Below are positions 50,735 to 60,247 of a DNA stretch of 64,000 bases, one piece after another; positions within the stretch are counted from its first letter, which is position 1; every line of letters begins with the position of its first letter. Below the pieces are notes generated by a model, which did not search any database, had not been told where the DNA came from, and saw nothing but the letters and a program-made list of their open reading frames with translations. Made by a program: the position numbers and the translations under genes. Origin of the DNA: a bacterium. GTDB taxonomy: Bacteria; UBA8248. The stretch lies in NCBI GenBank assembly GCA_965218885.1, contig OZ244713.1, forward strand, positions 3,030,625-3,094,624, read 5' to 3'.

Positions 50735-50995
50735 TTAGAGGCTGGTGGAGACGTGTCCCTCGACGCCGAACAATTTGGGGAGCAGGCCGTGGAAGTAGTA
50801 GACGTCCAATAGGATCAGAGCGAAGAAGAGCGCGATGAAAATGAGAATCAGGCCGGCGATGAAACACGGGATTTGGGCGATGGCGTGAAAGACGCCCCCG
50901 ATTCCGCCTTTTTTGAGCGGATAGCCGCAATGCGGGCATGACGCGGCTTCTGTGCTCAGGAGCCCCCCGCATTCGGGGCAGTTGAGGAGCGACAT
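50735..50995 (-). CDS. Zinc-ribbon membrane protein
   Basis: CPECG..CPHCGYP followed by a TM helix. Confidence 0.75.
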   Translation of the reverse strand: MSLLNCPECGGLLSTEAASCPHCGYPLKKGGIGGVFHAIAQIPCFIAGLILIFIALFFALILLDVYYFHGLLPKLFGVEGHVSTSL

Positions 50996-50996
50996 C

Positions 50997-52940
50997 TCAT
51001 CGCGCCTCCTTGATGGCGTGGAGAAACTCCGGCGCCTCGATGGAAGAGGTGTCGATGTTCGCGGGGTCCTCGCCCAGATATATCTTCTTGATGGCGCCGC
51101 GCACTATCTTCGCCGAGCGCGTCTTGGGCAGCGCCTCGACGAATTTTACTTCTTCGGGACGCAGGCTCTTTCCCAGATATTTCACGGTTTCTTCCTTGAG
51201 TTCCTCACGGAGCGCGTCGCTCGGCTCATGGCCCGCCGCCGGCACAACGAAACAGCAGAGTCCCTCGCCCTTGATGGGGTGCGGCGCGCCGATGACGGCG
51301 GCCTCCACAACGGCGGGATGCCCGATGAGGGCGGCCTCCACCTCGGCGGGTCCCACGCGCTTGCCCGCGACGTTGATGGTGTCGTCAGACCGTCCGAAGA
51401 GATACCACTGCCCGTCCTCATCCAGGCGCGCCCAGTCGCCGTGATACCAGACGTCCGGCCAGCGGGAGAAATAGGTCTCGATGAAGCGCGCATCGTCTTT
51501 CAGGAAACCTTTCGTCATCGAGGGGACGGGCTGTTTGAGCACGAGATGGCCGATTTCCCCGCGCACGGGCTCGCCCTCTTCGTTGAACACGTCGGCGTCC
51601 GAGCCCAGAGCCGGCCCGCCCAGGGAGCACGGCGTGAGCGGAACGATGGGGTAGGGCTGGAGTATGCAGCCGCAAAGCTCGGTTCCGCCCGATATGTTCA
51701 TGACGGGGCACCTTCCGCCGCCTATTTTTTCGAAGTACCACATGTAGGATTCCGGGTCCCAGGGCTCGCCCGTCGAGCCGAGTACGCGCAGCGAGGAGAG
51801 ATCGTGTTTTTCCACCCATTCATCGCCCAGGCTGATTAGCAGCCGCACGGCGGTGGGCGAGACGCCGAAGATGGTGACCCCGTGATCGCTCAGGAGTTTC
51901 CAGAGCCTGTCGGGTTCGGGCCAGTTGGGCGCGCCATCGTAGATGAGATAGGCGCCGCCCCCGAACTGAACGCCTATCATCTCCCACGGACCCATCATCC
52001 AGCCGATGTCCGTCACCCAGAACAAGACGTCCTCATCGCGCAAGTCCATGCAATAGCGGATCTCCTTGGACACGTTGAGCATACAGCCCGCGTGGGTGTG
52101 CATCGTGCCTTTCGGCTTTCCCGTCGTGCCCGAGGTGTAGATGATGAGGGAGAGGGCCTCGGCGGGCAGGCGTTCGGTTTCGGCCGTGTCCGGCTGGCCT
52201 CGTACAAAATCATCCCAATTAACGTCTCGTCCGGCCTGCATGGGGACGCTCGTTTCGGTTCTTTGGAAGACGACGACTTTCTCGACCTGGGTCCCGGCTT
52301 CGAGCGCCTGATCCATCAGGGCCTTTACGCCCACTTCCTTGCCCCGGCGCATCCCGCCGTTCGACGTGAAGACGAGCCGCGCCTCGGCGTGGTCGAGACG
52401 CTCGGTGACGGCCTCGGGGCCGAAGCCCGAGAAAATAGGGATCGCGACGACGCCGATCTTAAGACACGCGAACATGGCGAAGACGGTCTCCGGGATCATG
52501 GGCATGAAGATGCCGGCGCTGTCTCCGGGGCGCATCCCCATCTCGCGCATGGCGTTCGCCAGGCGGCAGACCTGCGCGTTCATTTCCGCGTAGGTGTAAC
52601 GGCGCACTTCTCCGCCGTCCCCCTCCCAGATGAGGGCCGTCTTATCGCGCGTAGACGTCTCAAGATGCCTGTCGATGCAGTTGTGGACGATGTTGAGTTC
52701 CCCGCCCAGGAACCACTTCGTCCAGGGCAGGCCGCCCGATGGGTCCATTACCCGGTCATACGGCCTATACCAGGAGACGCCCATATCCTTCTCAATCGCC
52801 TCCCAGAAGCGGGCGATGTCACTTCTAAAGAAATCGAGCAACTCCTCGTAGCTCGCGAGATCGTGTTTTTTCATGAAGCGGGCGACGTTCGAGTTTTCGA
52901 GAAAATCCTGATTCGGCCGCCAGATGATGTCTTCGGGCAT
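50997..52940 (-). CDS. Acetate-CoA ligase-like AMP-binding enzyme (paralog 2)
   Basis: YTSGTTGKPKG, STGEPW, GRSDD, LPKTRSAK. Confidence 0.93.
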   Translation of the reverse strand: MPEDIIWRPNQDFLENSNVARFMKKHDLASYEELLDFFRSDIARFWEAIEKDMGVSWYRPYDRVMDPSGGLPWTKWFLGGELNIVHNCIDRHLETSTRDKTALIWEGDGGEVRRYTYAEMNAQVCRLANAMREMGMRPGDSAGIFMPMIPETVFAMFACLKIGVVAIPIFSGFGPEAVTERLDHAEARLVFTSNGGMRRGKEVGVKALMDQALEAGTQVEKVVVFQRTETSVPMQAGRDVNWDDFVRGQPDTAETERLPAEALSLIIYTSGTTGKPKGTMHTHAGCMLNVSKEIRYCMDLRDEDVLFWVTDIGWMMGPWEMIGVQFGGGAYLIYDGAPNWPEPDRLWKLLSDHGVTIFGVSPTAVRLLISLGDEWVEKHDLSSLRVLGSTGEPWDPESYMWYFEKIGGGRCPVMNISGGTELCGCILQPYPIVPLTPCSLGGPALGSDADVFNEEGEPVRGEIGHLVLKQPVPSMTKGFLKDDARFIETYFSRWPDVWYHGDWARLDEDGQWYLFGRSDDTINVAGKRVGPAEVEAALIGHPAVVEAAVIGAPHPIKGEGLCCFVVPAAGHEPSDALREELKEETVKYLGKSLRPEEVKFVEALPKTRSAKIVRGAIKKIYLGEDPANIDTSSIEAPEFLHAIKEAR

Positions 52941-52942
52941 CG

Positions 52943-54889
52943 CTACACCGCCTCCCTGATGGCGTCCAGGTGCGCGGGGTTTTCGAGCGAGTTCAGGTCC
53001 ATGTGATCCACAGGCTCGCCCAGATAGACTTTCTTGATGGCGTTGCGCACGATTTTGGCGGAACGCGTCTTGGGCAGGGCCTTGACGAAGTGGACCTCAT
53101 CGGGCCTCAGGCTCTTGCCCAGATATTCCACCGCCTGATCTTTCAGCTCCTCGCGCAGGGCGTCGCTCGGCTGATAGGTGTCGTGCATGACGACGAAACA
53201 GGTGAGGCCTTCTCCCTTGACCGGATGCGGCGTCCCCACCACGGCGGCCTCGATGACGCCGGGGTGCTTGATGAGTTCCGATTCGATCTCGTTCGGCCCC
53301 ACGCGCTTGCCCGATACCTTGATGGTGTCGTCCGAGCGGCCGTAGAGATACCAGAGCCCCTTCTCATCCACCTTGGCCCAGTCGCCGTGGTACCAGATAC
53401 CCTCCCAGCGCGAGAAATAGGTCTCGATGTAGCGTTCGGGCTCTTTCCAGAAGCCGTTGGTGAGCGAGGGAATGGGCTGTTTGAGCACCAGGTGGCCCAC
53501 CTCGCCGCGAATCGGCTTGGCGTCTTCTCCGAACACGTCGGTGTCCGTGCCCATGGCGGGGGCGCCCAGCGTGCAAGGTGTGAGTTCCATGACGGGCAGG
53601 GGCTGCAAGAGACAGGCGCCTATTTCCGTGCCGCCCGATATGTTCATGATGGGGCACCGCCCGCCGCCCACTTTTTCGAAATACCACATGTAGGATTCCG
53701 GGTCCCAGGGTTCTCCCGTGGAGGCCAGCACCCTGAGCGAAGAAAGATCGTGGCCTTCCACCCACTCATCGCCCGCGCTTATCAGCACGCGCACCGCCGT
53801 GGGCGAAAGCCCCAGATGGGTGACCCCGTGCCTGGCGATGATTCGCCACAGGCGATCGGGCGCGGGGTGGTTCGGCACGCTCTCATAAAGCAGGCACGAA
53901 TGGCCGCTGAAGTGAGAGCCCACGAGTTCATAAGGCGCCATGACCCACCCGAAATCCGTGACCCAGAAGACCGTGTCGCCGTCTCGCATGTCGAGGCAAT
54001 ACTTGAGTTCGCGCCCCGGGCCGCTCATCAGCCCTGCGTGGGTGTAGACGGTGCCCTTGGGTTTTCCGGTGGTGCCCGAGGTGTACATGATCATCGAGAC
54101 GGCATCGGCGGGAAGGCGCGCCGTTTCGGCTTCGGTCGATTTTCCCGCAACGAACGCGTCCCAAGTGACGTCGCGCCCCTCCTGCATGGGAACGGCGTCG
54201 CCCGAGCGTTCGAGGACGATTACCTTTTCCACCATCGTGCCGCGCTCGAGCGCTGCGTCCACCGTGCCTTTCAGGGGAACCTTCTTGCCCCTGCGAACGG
54301 CGCCGTCCACCGTGAAGAGAATGCGCGCTTCGGCGTGTATGAGGCGTTCGGCCAGACCCTCGGGGCCGAAGCCCGAAAACACGGGCAGCACGGCCACCCC
54401 CGTCTTGAAGCACGCATACATGACGATGGCGGCTTCCGGCGCCATGGGGAGGAACACGCCCGCCACGTCGCCGGGTTTCAAGCCCATCTCGCGCATGGCG
54501 TTCGCGAGGCGCGAGACTTCCGCGGAGAGTTCGGCGTAGGTGAACGTGCGCGCTTCGCCCCCGTCGCTCTCCCAGACGAGCGCGGTCTGGTCTTTGCGCC
54601 CGTTCTCCAGATGGCGGTCGATGCAGTTCAAGACGATGTTCGTCTCCCCGCCGATGAACCACTTCGCCCACGGGAAGCCGCCGCTCAAATCGAGAAGCTC
54701 ATCATAAGGCCTGTACCATTCAAGCCCCATGTCTTCTAACACGATCTCCCAGAAGCGCCGGATGTCCTCGACCGACCAGCGCAGAAACTCTCGGTAATCC
54801 GAGATGCCGAGCTTTTTCATCAGCTTGGCGACGTGGCTGTTCGTCAAAAAATCCTCATCCGGCCGCCAAATGATGTCCGAAGCGTTCAC
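52943..54889 (-). CDS. Acetate-CoA ligase-like AMP-binding enzyme (paralog 1)
   Basis: YTSGTTGKPKG, STGEPW, GRSDD, LPKTRSAK. Confidence 0.93.
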   Translation of the reverse strand: MNASDIIWRPDEDFLTNSHVAKLMKKLGISDYREFLRWSVEDIRRFWEIVLEDMGLEWYRPYDELLDLSGGFPWAKWFIGGETNIVLNCIDRHLENGRKDQTALVWESDGGEARTFTYAELSAEVSRLANAMREMGLKPGDVAGVFLPMAPEAAIVMYACFKTGVAVLPVFSGFGPEGLAERLIHAEARILFTVDGAVRRGKKVPLKGTVDAALERGTMVEKVIVLERSGDAVPMQEGRDVTWDAFVAGKSTEAETARLPADAVSMIMYTSGTTGKPKGTVYTHAGLMSGPGRELKYCLDMRDGDTVFWVTDFGWVMAPYELVGSHFSGHSCLLYESVPNHPAPDRLWRIIARHGVTHLGLSPTAVRVLISAGDEWVEGHDLSSLRVLASTGEPWDPESYMWYFEKVGGGRCPIMNISGGTEIGACLLQPLPVMELTPCTLGAPAMGTDTDVFGEDAKPIRGEVGHLVLKQPIPSLTNGFWKEPERYIETYFSRWEGIWYHGDWAKVDEKGLWYLYGRSDDTIKVSGKRVGPNEIESELIKHPGVIEAAVVGTPHPVKGEGLTCFVVMHDTYQPSDALREELKDQAVEYLGKSLRPDEVHFVKALPKTRSAKIVRNAIKKVYLGEPVDHMDLNSLENPAHLDAIREAV

Positions 54890-54905
54890 TTGAATTTAAC
54901 CTCCG

Positions 54906-55721
54906 CTATTTTCTGGCGTTATCGTTCGTCCATACCTTGAAGCCATCCGCGACGTACTCATCGACCACGCCCCACTTGCCGGCTTCCACCTTGGCGGGCG
55001 GGTCGTGTTCGCCAGCGGCCACTTCTTCCACAAACTGCGCCATTCGTCCGATGACGGCGATATCCTCGCACGGGTCGGTGTGGCCCGAGCAGACGAATTT
55101 CGCGTCGTTTTCTTCTGCGATTTTCTCGAGCCTTCGCATCGAAGGGCCGTATTCCGATAAAACGGCCGTGGGCACCTGGATGAAGAGCGGCTGGCCGGGC
55201 TTTACCAGATCGCCCGAGATCAAGACGCGCTCTTTCTCGTCATACAAGGAGATGCTGCAAGGCGAGTGGCCCGGCGTGTCGTAGACCTGAATTTTCCTGC
55301 CGCCAAGATCGATTGTGTCGCCTTCCTGCACGGCCCAGCCGAACTTTCCGGGCGGTATGGTGAAGGTGTCGGGGTCGAACCCTTGGGGAAAGGGTATTCC
55401 GCTCCACGTTTCCATGAAATCCCGGCAGCCTGCGCTGTAGTCGTTCGCGAGCTCCTCCTTGCCGTTCGGGTGAACGCCTACCGACTCCCATTCATGTGCC
55501 GCGCCCACGTGATCCCAATGCGTGTGGGTGAGCACGTGTTCTACCGGAAGATTTGTAATCGACTCACACAATCTGCGCACGCTGCCCACGCCGATGCCGC
55601 CGTCGAGCGAGAGGGCCTTTTCCTCTCCGACGAGGAGGAACATGTTCCACCGCCCGGCTTCTGATATCTGATAGGTGTCCGGCGCGAACTCGATGACCTC
55701 ATACCAGTCTTGCGTGTCCAT
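54906..55721 (-). CDS. MBL-fold metallo-hydrolase (paralog 2)
   Basis: THTHWDHVG, TPGHSPCS, SGD, SGH. Confidence 0.9.
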   Translation of the reverse strand: MDTQDWYEVIEFAPDTYQISEAGRWNMFLLVGEEKALSLDGGIGVGSVRRLCESITNLPVEHVLTHTHWDHVGAAHEWESVGVHPNGKEELANDYSAGCRDFMETWSGIPFPQGFDPDTFTIPPGKFGWAVQEGDTIDLGGRKIQVYDTPGHSPCSISLYDEKERVLISGDLVKPGQPLFIQVPTAVLSEYGPSMRRLEKIAEENDAKFVCSGHTDPCEDIAVIGRMAQFVEEVAAGEHDPPAKVEAGKWGVVDEYVADGFKVWTNDNARK

Positions 55722-55741
55722 GGCGTCTCGTCTATTCGGGG

Positions 55742-56563
55742 TTACTTTCTCGCGTGATCCTGAATCCACACCTTGGCGCGGGGGAACACGTATTCATCCA
55801 CCTCGCCCCACACGCCGCCGTCCACCTTGGCGGGCGGATCGTGCACGCCCGCTTCAAGCTCCTCCATGTTCTGCGCCAACTCGCCGATGATGGAGGGATC
55901 CGGGTAGGGGTCGGTGTGGCCCGAAGTGATCCAGCGCACCTCGTTCTTCGCGGCGACTTTCTCGAGCTTTCGCAGTGAGGGCGCGTAGTCGGAGAGCACC
56001 GCCGTGGGCACCTGGAGGAAGAGGTATTCCTCACAGCGAATCAGGTCGCCCGAGACGAGAATTTTCTCGCGCTCATCGTAGAGCGAGATGCTGCACGGGG
56101 AGTGCCCGGGCGTCTCATACACGTGGAACTTCCGGTTCCCCAGGTCGAAGGTATCGCCCTCTTCGAGCGTCCAGCCGAACGTGGCGGGCTTGATGGAGTA
56201 GGCCGCCTCGTCGAACCACTCGGGGAAGGTGTTTCCGTTATTCTTCCACATGTTCAAAAACCCCTGCTCCAGTTTCGATAAATCGTTGGCGAGTAGGGTT
56301 TCGCCGACCGGGTGAACGCCCACGCTGTCCCACTGCGAGGCCGCCCCCACGTGGTCCCAGTGCGTGTGGGTGAGGATGAAGTCGATGGGCTTGTCCGTGA
56401 TGCTCTCGTAGAGTTTCCTCAAATTCGCGATGCCGATGCCGCCGTCGATGGCGACCGCCTTGTCGTCTCCCACCAGGAGGAGCATGTTGAAGCGGCCCCC
56501 CTCGGTGATCTGATAGCTGCCCGGTGCGAATTCGTTGACGGAATACCAGTCTTGGGTTTCCAT
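55742..56563 (-). CDS. MBL-fold metallo-hydrolase (paralog 1)
   Basis: THTHWDHVG, TPGHSPCS, SGD, SGH. Confidence 0.9.
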   Translation of the reverse strand: METQDWYSVNEFAPGSYQITEGGRFNMLLLVGDDKAVAIDGGIGIANLRKLYESITDKPIDFILTHTHWDHVGAASQWDSVGVHPVGETLLANDLSKLEQGFLNMWKNNGNTFPEWFDEAAYSIKPATFGWTLEEGDTFDLGNRKFHVYETPGHSPCSISLYDEREKILVSGDLIRCEEYLFLQVPTAVLSDYAPSLRKLEKVAAKNEVRWITSGHTDPYPDPSIIGELAQNMEELEAGVHDPPAKVDGGVWGEVDEYVFPRAKVWIQDHARK

Positions 56564-56732
56564 GGAAGCGCCTTTCTGCTTGAGGGATAAGAATTCGTTC
56601 GCCTTTCGATGGGGGCGTCCTCGCCCCTGCCATCGGTACGAATAGATGGCCCTAATCTAGCCCTATTGCCCCGCGCGAATCAAGCGAGGGCGGAGTCGGG
56701 CGAACCCCCGGGGTTCCCGCCGCCCGGCGGCC

Positions 56733-57644
56733 TCAGCCCTTGAATACGGGCGCAGGCTGGCTGAAAAACCGCTCGATGAGATAATAGACAATGCCGTGGT
56801 TCTTCTCCTGCAGGCTCGCGTGCGCGATGCCGGGCATCATGACGAACTGCTTGTCCGGGTTCGGCAGCAACTTGAAGAATTCCAGCAGATCGTCGAGATG
56901 GGCGATTCCGTCGAACTGCCCGCGCGTAATCATCACCGAAGCGGTGATCTTCTTCGGGTTCACCAGGGGCAGGCGCTTGCACATGTCGATATACGTGCCG
57001 TTGGGAATCGTATCGTCGAGCGCGCAGATCGCCTTTGCGTACTCGTCGATGACGTCGCGGTACGCCGTGCCGGGATGATCGCGCGTGAAGATGCTCTTGA
57101 TGAAGGCCGGATTCACGGGTCTTCTCGACGTGGAGGCCACGCCTTCGAATCGCTTGCTTCTCTCCTTGAGCGTCGGGCTTCCTTCGCCCGTCCAGACGAA
57201 GGCGTCCAAAATCAGCCGCTTCACCCGCCTGGGGTTTTTCTGCGCGAACAGAGCTGCCCGCAGTGCGCCGGATGAAATGCCGTAAAGGTGAAGCGCGCTC
57301 GCCTTGCTGATTCGCCGGATCTCGTTCGCCGCCGCCAGGAGGTCCCTTGCGCCGCGTTCGATGCCGCAGGAGACACGCCTGGTTTTGGTGGATCTGCCGT
57401 AACCCTCGCAATCCACGCACCAGACGTCGTAGCCGCGCTCGGCGAGATAGTCCATCAAGGAGTATTCGGGCCTGCTTTTCACCTGGAGATCGAATGTGGG
57501 CGTGGAGGCCATGGATGAGCCGTGCGCGAGGAGCACGGCGCCTCGCGGTTTTTCCGGCCCCTCCTTTCGCTTTCTCCACAAAAACAGATCGGCCCCGTCG
57601 TGATGCGCCCAATGTTCGGCGCCCGTGATTTTTGCTTTCAGCAT
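56733..57644 (-). CDS. Alpha/beta fold hydrolase
   Basis: LAHGSS, GYGRS, GISSG nucleophile elbow, C-terminal His. Confidence 0.88.
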   Translation of the reverse strand: MLKAKITGAEHWAHHDGADLFLWRKRKEGPEKPRGAVLLAHGSSMASTPTFDLQVKSRPEYSLMDYLAERGYDVWCVDCEGYGRSTKTRRVSCGIERGARDLLAAANEIRRISKASALHLYGISSGALRAALFAQKNPRRVKRLILDAFVWTGEGSPTLKERSKRFEGVASTSRRPVNPAFIKSIFTRDHPGTAYRDVIDEYAKAICALDDTIPNGTYIDMCKRLPLVNPKKITASVMITRGQFDGIAHLDDLLEFFKLLPNPDKQFVMMPGIAHASLQEKNHGIVYYLIERFFSQPAPVFKG

Positions 57645-57759
57645 GGGTATCCTTCTCTCAAGAATGAAAATCGTTTGTGCAAACCGCGCTTCCTGTGGGA
57701 TTCTCGGTTCAGCGTAATATGAGAGCGGTAAAATGAAAAATCACAAAAAGGGGTTTTAA

Positions 57760-58170
57760 GTGGAATTCCGATACGATCACGTGCATTTTCTCACGCGCGA
57801 CGTCCGCGCGATGGCGGATTTTTTCGAAAAGATATTCGAACTCGAGATCATCTCCTACGAGGAGGATTTCAAGGGCGCGCCCTATGCCATCTACAAACTC
57901 GGGGAAGGGGACCTGCGCATCCGGGGCTACCGCCCGGGTGACGAACCGGACGCCGTAGCCCCCGAACTGACGCACGGCCTGGATCACTTAGGCGTCGCGG
58001 TGGATGACGTGGCGGCGAGCGTCGCCCGTTTGGAAGAGCGCGGGGCGGAAGTCGCCATGCCGCCCGTGGCCGCGGGAGTGGGAGGCCGCATGATCGCCTT
58101 CATCAAGGGGCCCGAGAACATTCGGATCGAGATATGCGAGCGGCCCGGCACTTCCGGGGAGAGCGATTGA
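57760..58170 (+). CDS. VOC/glyoxalase family protein
   Basis: DHVH, GLDHLGVAVDD, FIKGPENIRIE. Confidence 0.9.
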   Translation: MEFRYDHVHFLTRDVRAMADFFEKIFELEIISYEEDFKGAPYAIYKLGEGDLRIRGYRPGDEPDAVAPELTHGLDHLGVAVDDVAASVARLEERGAEVAMPPVAAGVGGRMIAFIKGPENIRIEICERPGTSGESD

Positions 58171-59087
58171 CCAGCCGCCCGCCCTCCCCGAAATCATCCG
58201 CCGACGGGGGAATGACGCTCGAACTTGTGTTGGGCTCGTTGCTCCTCACGATGGTGTGGGGCATGGCGCAGCCCGTCATCAAGGGCGCCTACGCGGGCAT
58301 CACCCCCTACGCCATGATATGGATGCGCTGCTGCACGGGGGTCTTGACTCTTACGCTTTACAGGCTGCTGATGCGCATCCCAGATAGCGTGACCCACCAC
58401 GACCCCTGGAAGGAGAAGGGCCACCGCATCCTGAGCGCCCTCATGCACAACGTCTATGTCTGGTTCCTGTATCAGGGGATGTTCGGAACCGCCGCCGCGC
58501 GCGCCTCGGTGCTGCTCTACTCGCAACCCGTCTGGGTGATGCTCCTGAGCGCCGCATTTCTCACCGGCGAGCGCATCACCCTGGTGCGGGCGCTGGGCTT
58601 CGCCACGGCGATGGCGGGCACCGTGACGGTTTTTTCGAACAGCCTGGGAGCGGGAGGCTCACTTCGGGCGGATTTCTACATCCTGATAGCCGCCGCCGGA
58701 TGGGCGACGCAGACGATCCACTACCGCCGGTATCTGGGAAATTCCGACGTTACCTCGATCGCCAGATGGGCCATGCTCATCGGAGCGCCGACATATTTTC
58801 TTTTATCCTGGCCGGACCCTTCTTTCGGGATTAGGCATCTCGGCGGTGCGCAGATTTTCGCGGTGTTCTATATGGGCGTGATAGCGAGCGCGCTTCTGCT
58901 GGCCTACTGGGGCCATCTGCTGCTCCGCTACTCGCCCGCCAAGATATCGGTGTTCTTCTTCATGACGCCCATCGTCGGCGTGGTGGGCAGCGCCCTCTAC
59001 CTGGGCGAGCAGTTGGGCTGGCATCTGCTATTCGGCGCCGCCCTGACGGCGGCGGGCGTGTGGCTCGTGACGGGGGAGAGGAGATAA
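58167..59087 (+). CDS. DMT/EamA family transporter
   Basis: WGMAQPVIK, YSQP, LTGER; start uncertain (58167 or 58212). Confidence 0.87.
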   Translation: MTSRPPSPKSSADGGMTLELVLGSLLLTMVWGMAQPVIKGAYAGITPYAMIWMRCCTGVLTLTLYRLLMRIPDSVTHHDPWKEKGHRILSALMHNVYVWFLYQGMFGTAAARASVLLYSQPVWVMLLSAAFLTGERITLVRALGFATAMAGTVTVFSNSLGAGGSLRADFYILIAAAGWATQTIHYRRYLGNSDVTSIARWAMLIGAPTYFLLSWPDPSFGIRHLGGAQIFAVFYMGVIASALLLAYWGHLLLRYSPAKISVFFFMTPIVGVVGSALYLGEQLGWHLLFGAALTAAGVWLVTGERR

Positions 59088-59097
59088 GTCAGGCGCT

Positions 59098-60246
59098 TCA
59101 GGAAGTCGCGGGCACGCAGACCATTCCTTCCATGAGCCTTCGCGCCGTGCGGTAGACGATCACTTTTTCGGCCTTGACTCCCTGGGGGGTGCTCGAAACT
59201 TCGGCGTTTACAGTCTGCACGCCCGAGGGGTGTCCGAGGCGGATGTCGCCCTCGCTGCTCCGGTCGGTCTCGTGCGCCACGGTGCCGGGGATTCGCGCGG
59301 CGACGGCCAGGCACATCGCGCCCGTAAGCGCGAAGGCGCGGTGGGTCTTGCCCATCGAGATGATGCGGGCCGCGATGTCGCAAGCGTCCGCGGCGACGAT
59401 CTCGCCTTTTAAGTCCATGTATTCCAGAGGAGGTGCTACGAGCACCACTTTCGGCACCGCCTGCACGCTTTCAGAGGCCTCTCTCCTGTCGCGCGCGAGC
59501 CCCATGCGCACGGCGGCCTCGGCGCGGATTTGCTCCAAATTCACCATCACCTCGACCCGGCTGTCGATGAGGCCGGGGCCTTCCCCTCCCGATAGCCCCA
59601 AATCCTTCGCGCGCACGAAGACCATCGGGTTCGTGGCGTCCACCATGCTCACCTCGATTTTCCCCACCCCCTCGATCTCGAAGGTGTCCACCGCATTTCC
59701 GGACGGCAGGAGCTTTCCTGTGGCCGCGCCTCCGGGGTCCATGAATTCGAGGGTGATTTGCGCTCCCGCGCCCGAAACGCCGGGCAGCTCGAACGAGCCG
59801 TTCACGCCGGCGGCGCCGTCTTCCACCGGAAAGCGCGCGTGGTATGTTTTGCCCGTGTTCGTATTGTAGACGCGCACGGTGGCGGTCTCGCCCCCATCCA
59901 CCCGCACCAGACCCTCATCCACGGCGAACGGCCCCACCGCGCTCGAGATGTTTCCGCATGTGCCGACGTAGTCCACGGTTTCGTCGGTAACGCCCACCTG
60001 CGCGAAGGTGAAATCCACGTCCGCGTCCGCGCGCCCAGAGGGCGCTACGACCGCGATTTTGCTTAAAGAGGATATTCCGCCCCCCAGGCCGTCGAGCTGG
60101 CGTCCGTTCGGGTCGGGACTGCCTAAGGCTTTCAGGAATATGGCGTCGCGCTCGGCTTGATCTTTGGGCAAATCTTTCTCGTGAAAGACGATGGCGCGGC
60201 TCGTGCCCCCGCGCATGAATACCGCCGGATATTTGATTTGCTTCAT
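59098..60246 (-). CDS. prpF: PrpF family isomerase
   Basis: MRGGTSR, GGGISSLSK, CGNISSAVG, HPSG, RTARRLMEG. Confidence 0.92.
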   Translation of the reverse strand: MKQIKYPAVFMRGGTSRAIVFHEKDLPKDQAERDAIFLKALGSPDPNGRQLDGLGGGISSLSKIAVVAPSGRADADVDFTFAQVGVTDETVDYVGTCGNISSAVGPFAVDEGLVRVDGGETATVRVYNTNTGKTYHARFPVEDGAAGVNGSFELPGVSGAGAQITLEFMDPGGAATGKLLPSGNAVDTFEIEGVGKIEVSMVDATNPMVFVRAKDLGLSGGEGPGLIDSRVEVMVNLEQIRAEAAVRMGLARDRREASESVQAVPKVVLVAPPLEYMDLKGEIVAADACDIAARIISMGKTHRAFALTGAMCLAVAARIPGTVAHETDRSSEGDIRLGHPSGVQTVNAEVSSTPQGVKAEKVIVYRTARRLMEGMVCVPATS

Positions 60247-60247
60247 C

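Noticed and set aside
52970-54739. Long antisense ORFs (also 6968-8461, 10136-11263, 62043-63077 and others)
   Set aside because: Shadow frames of well-supported genes in GC-rich DNA, with no motifs
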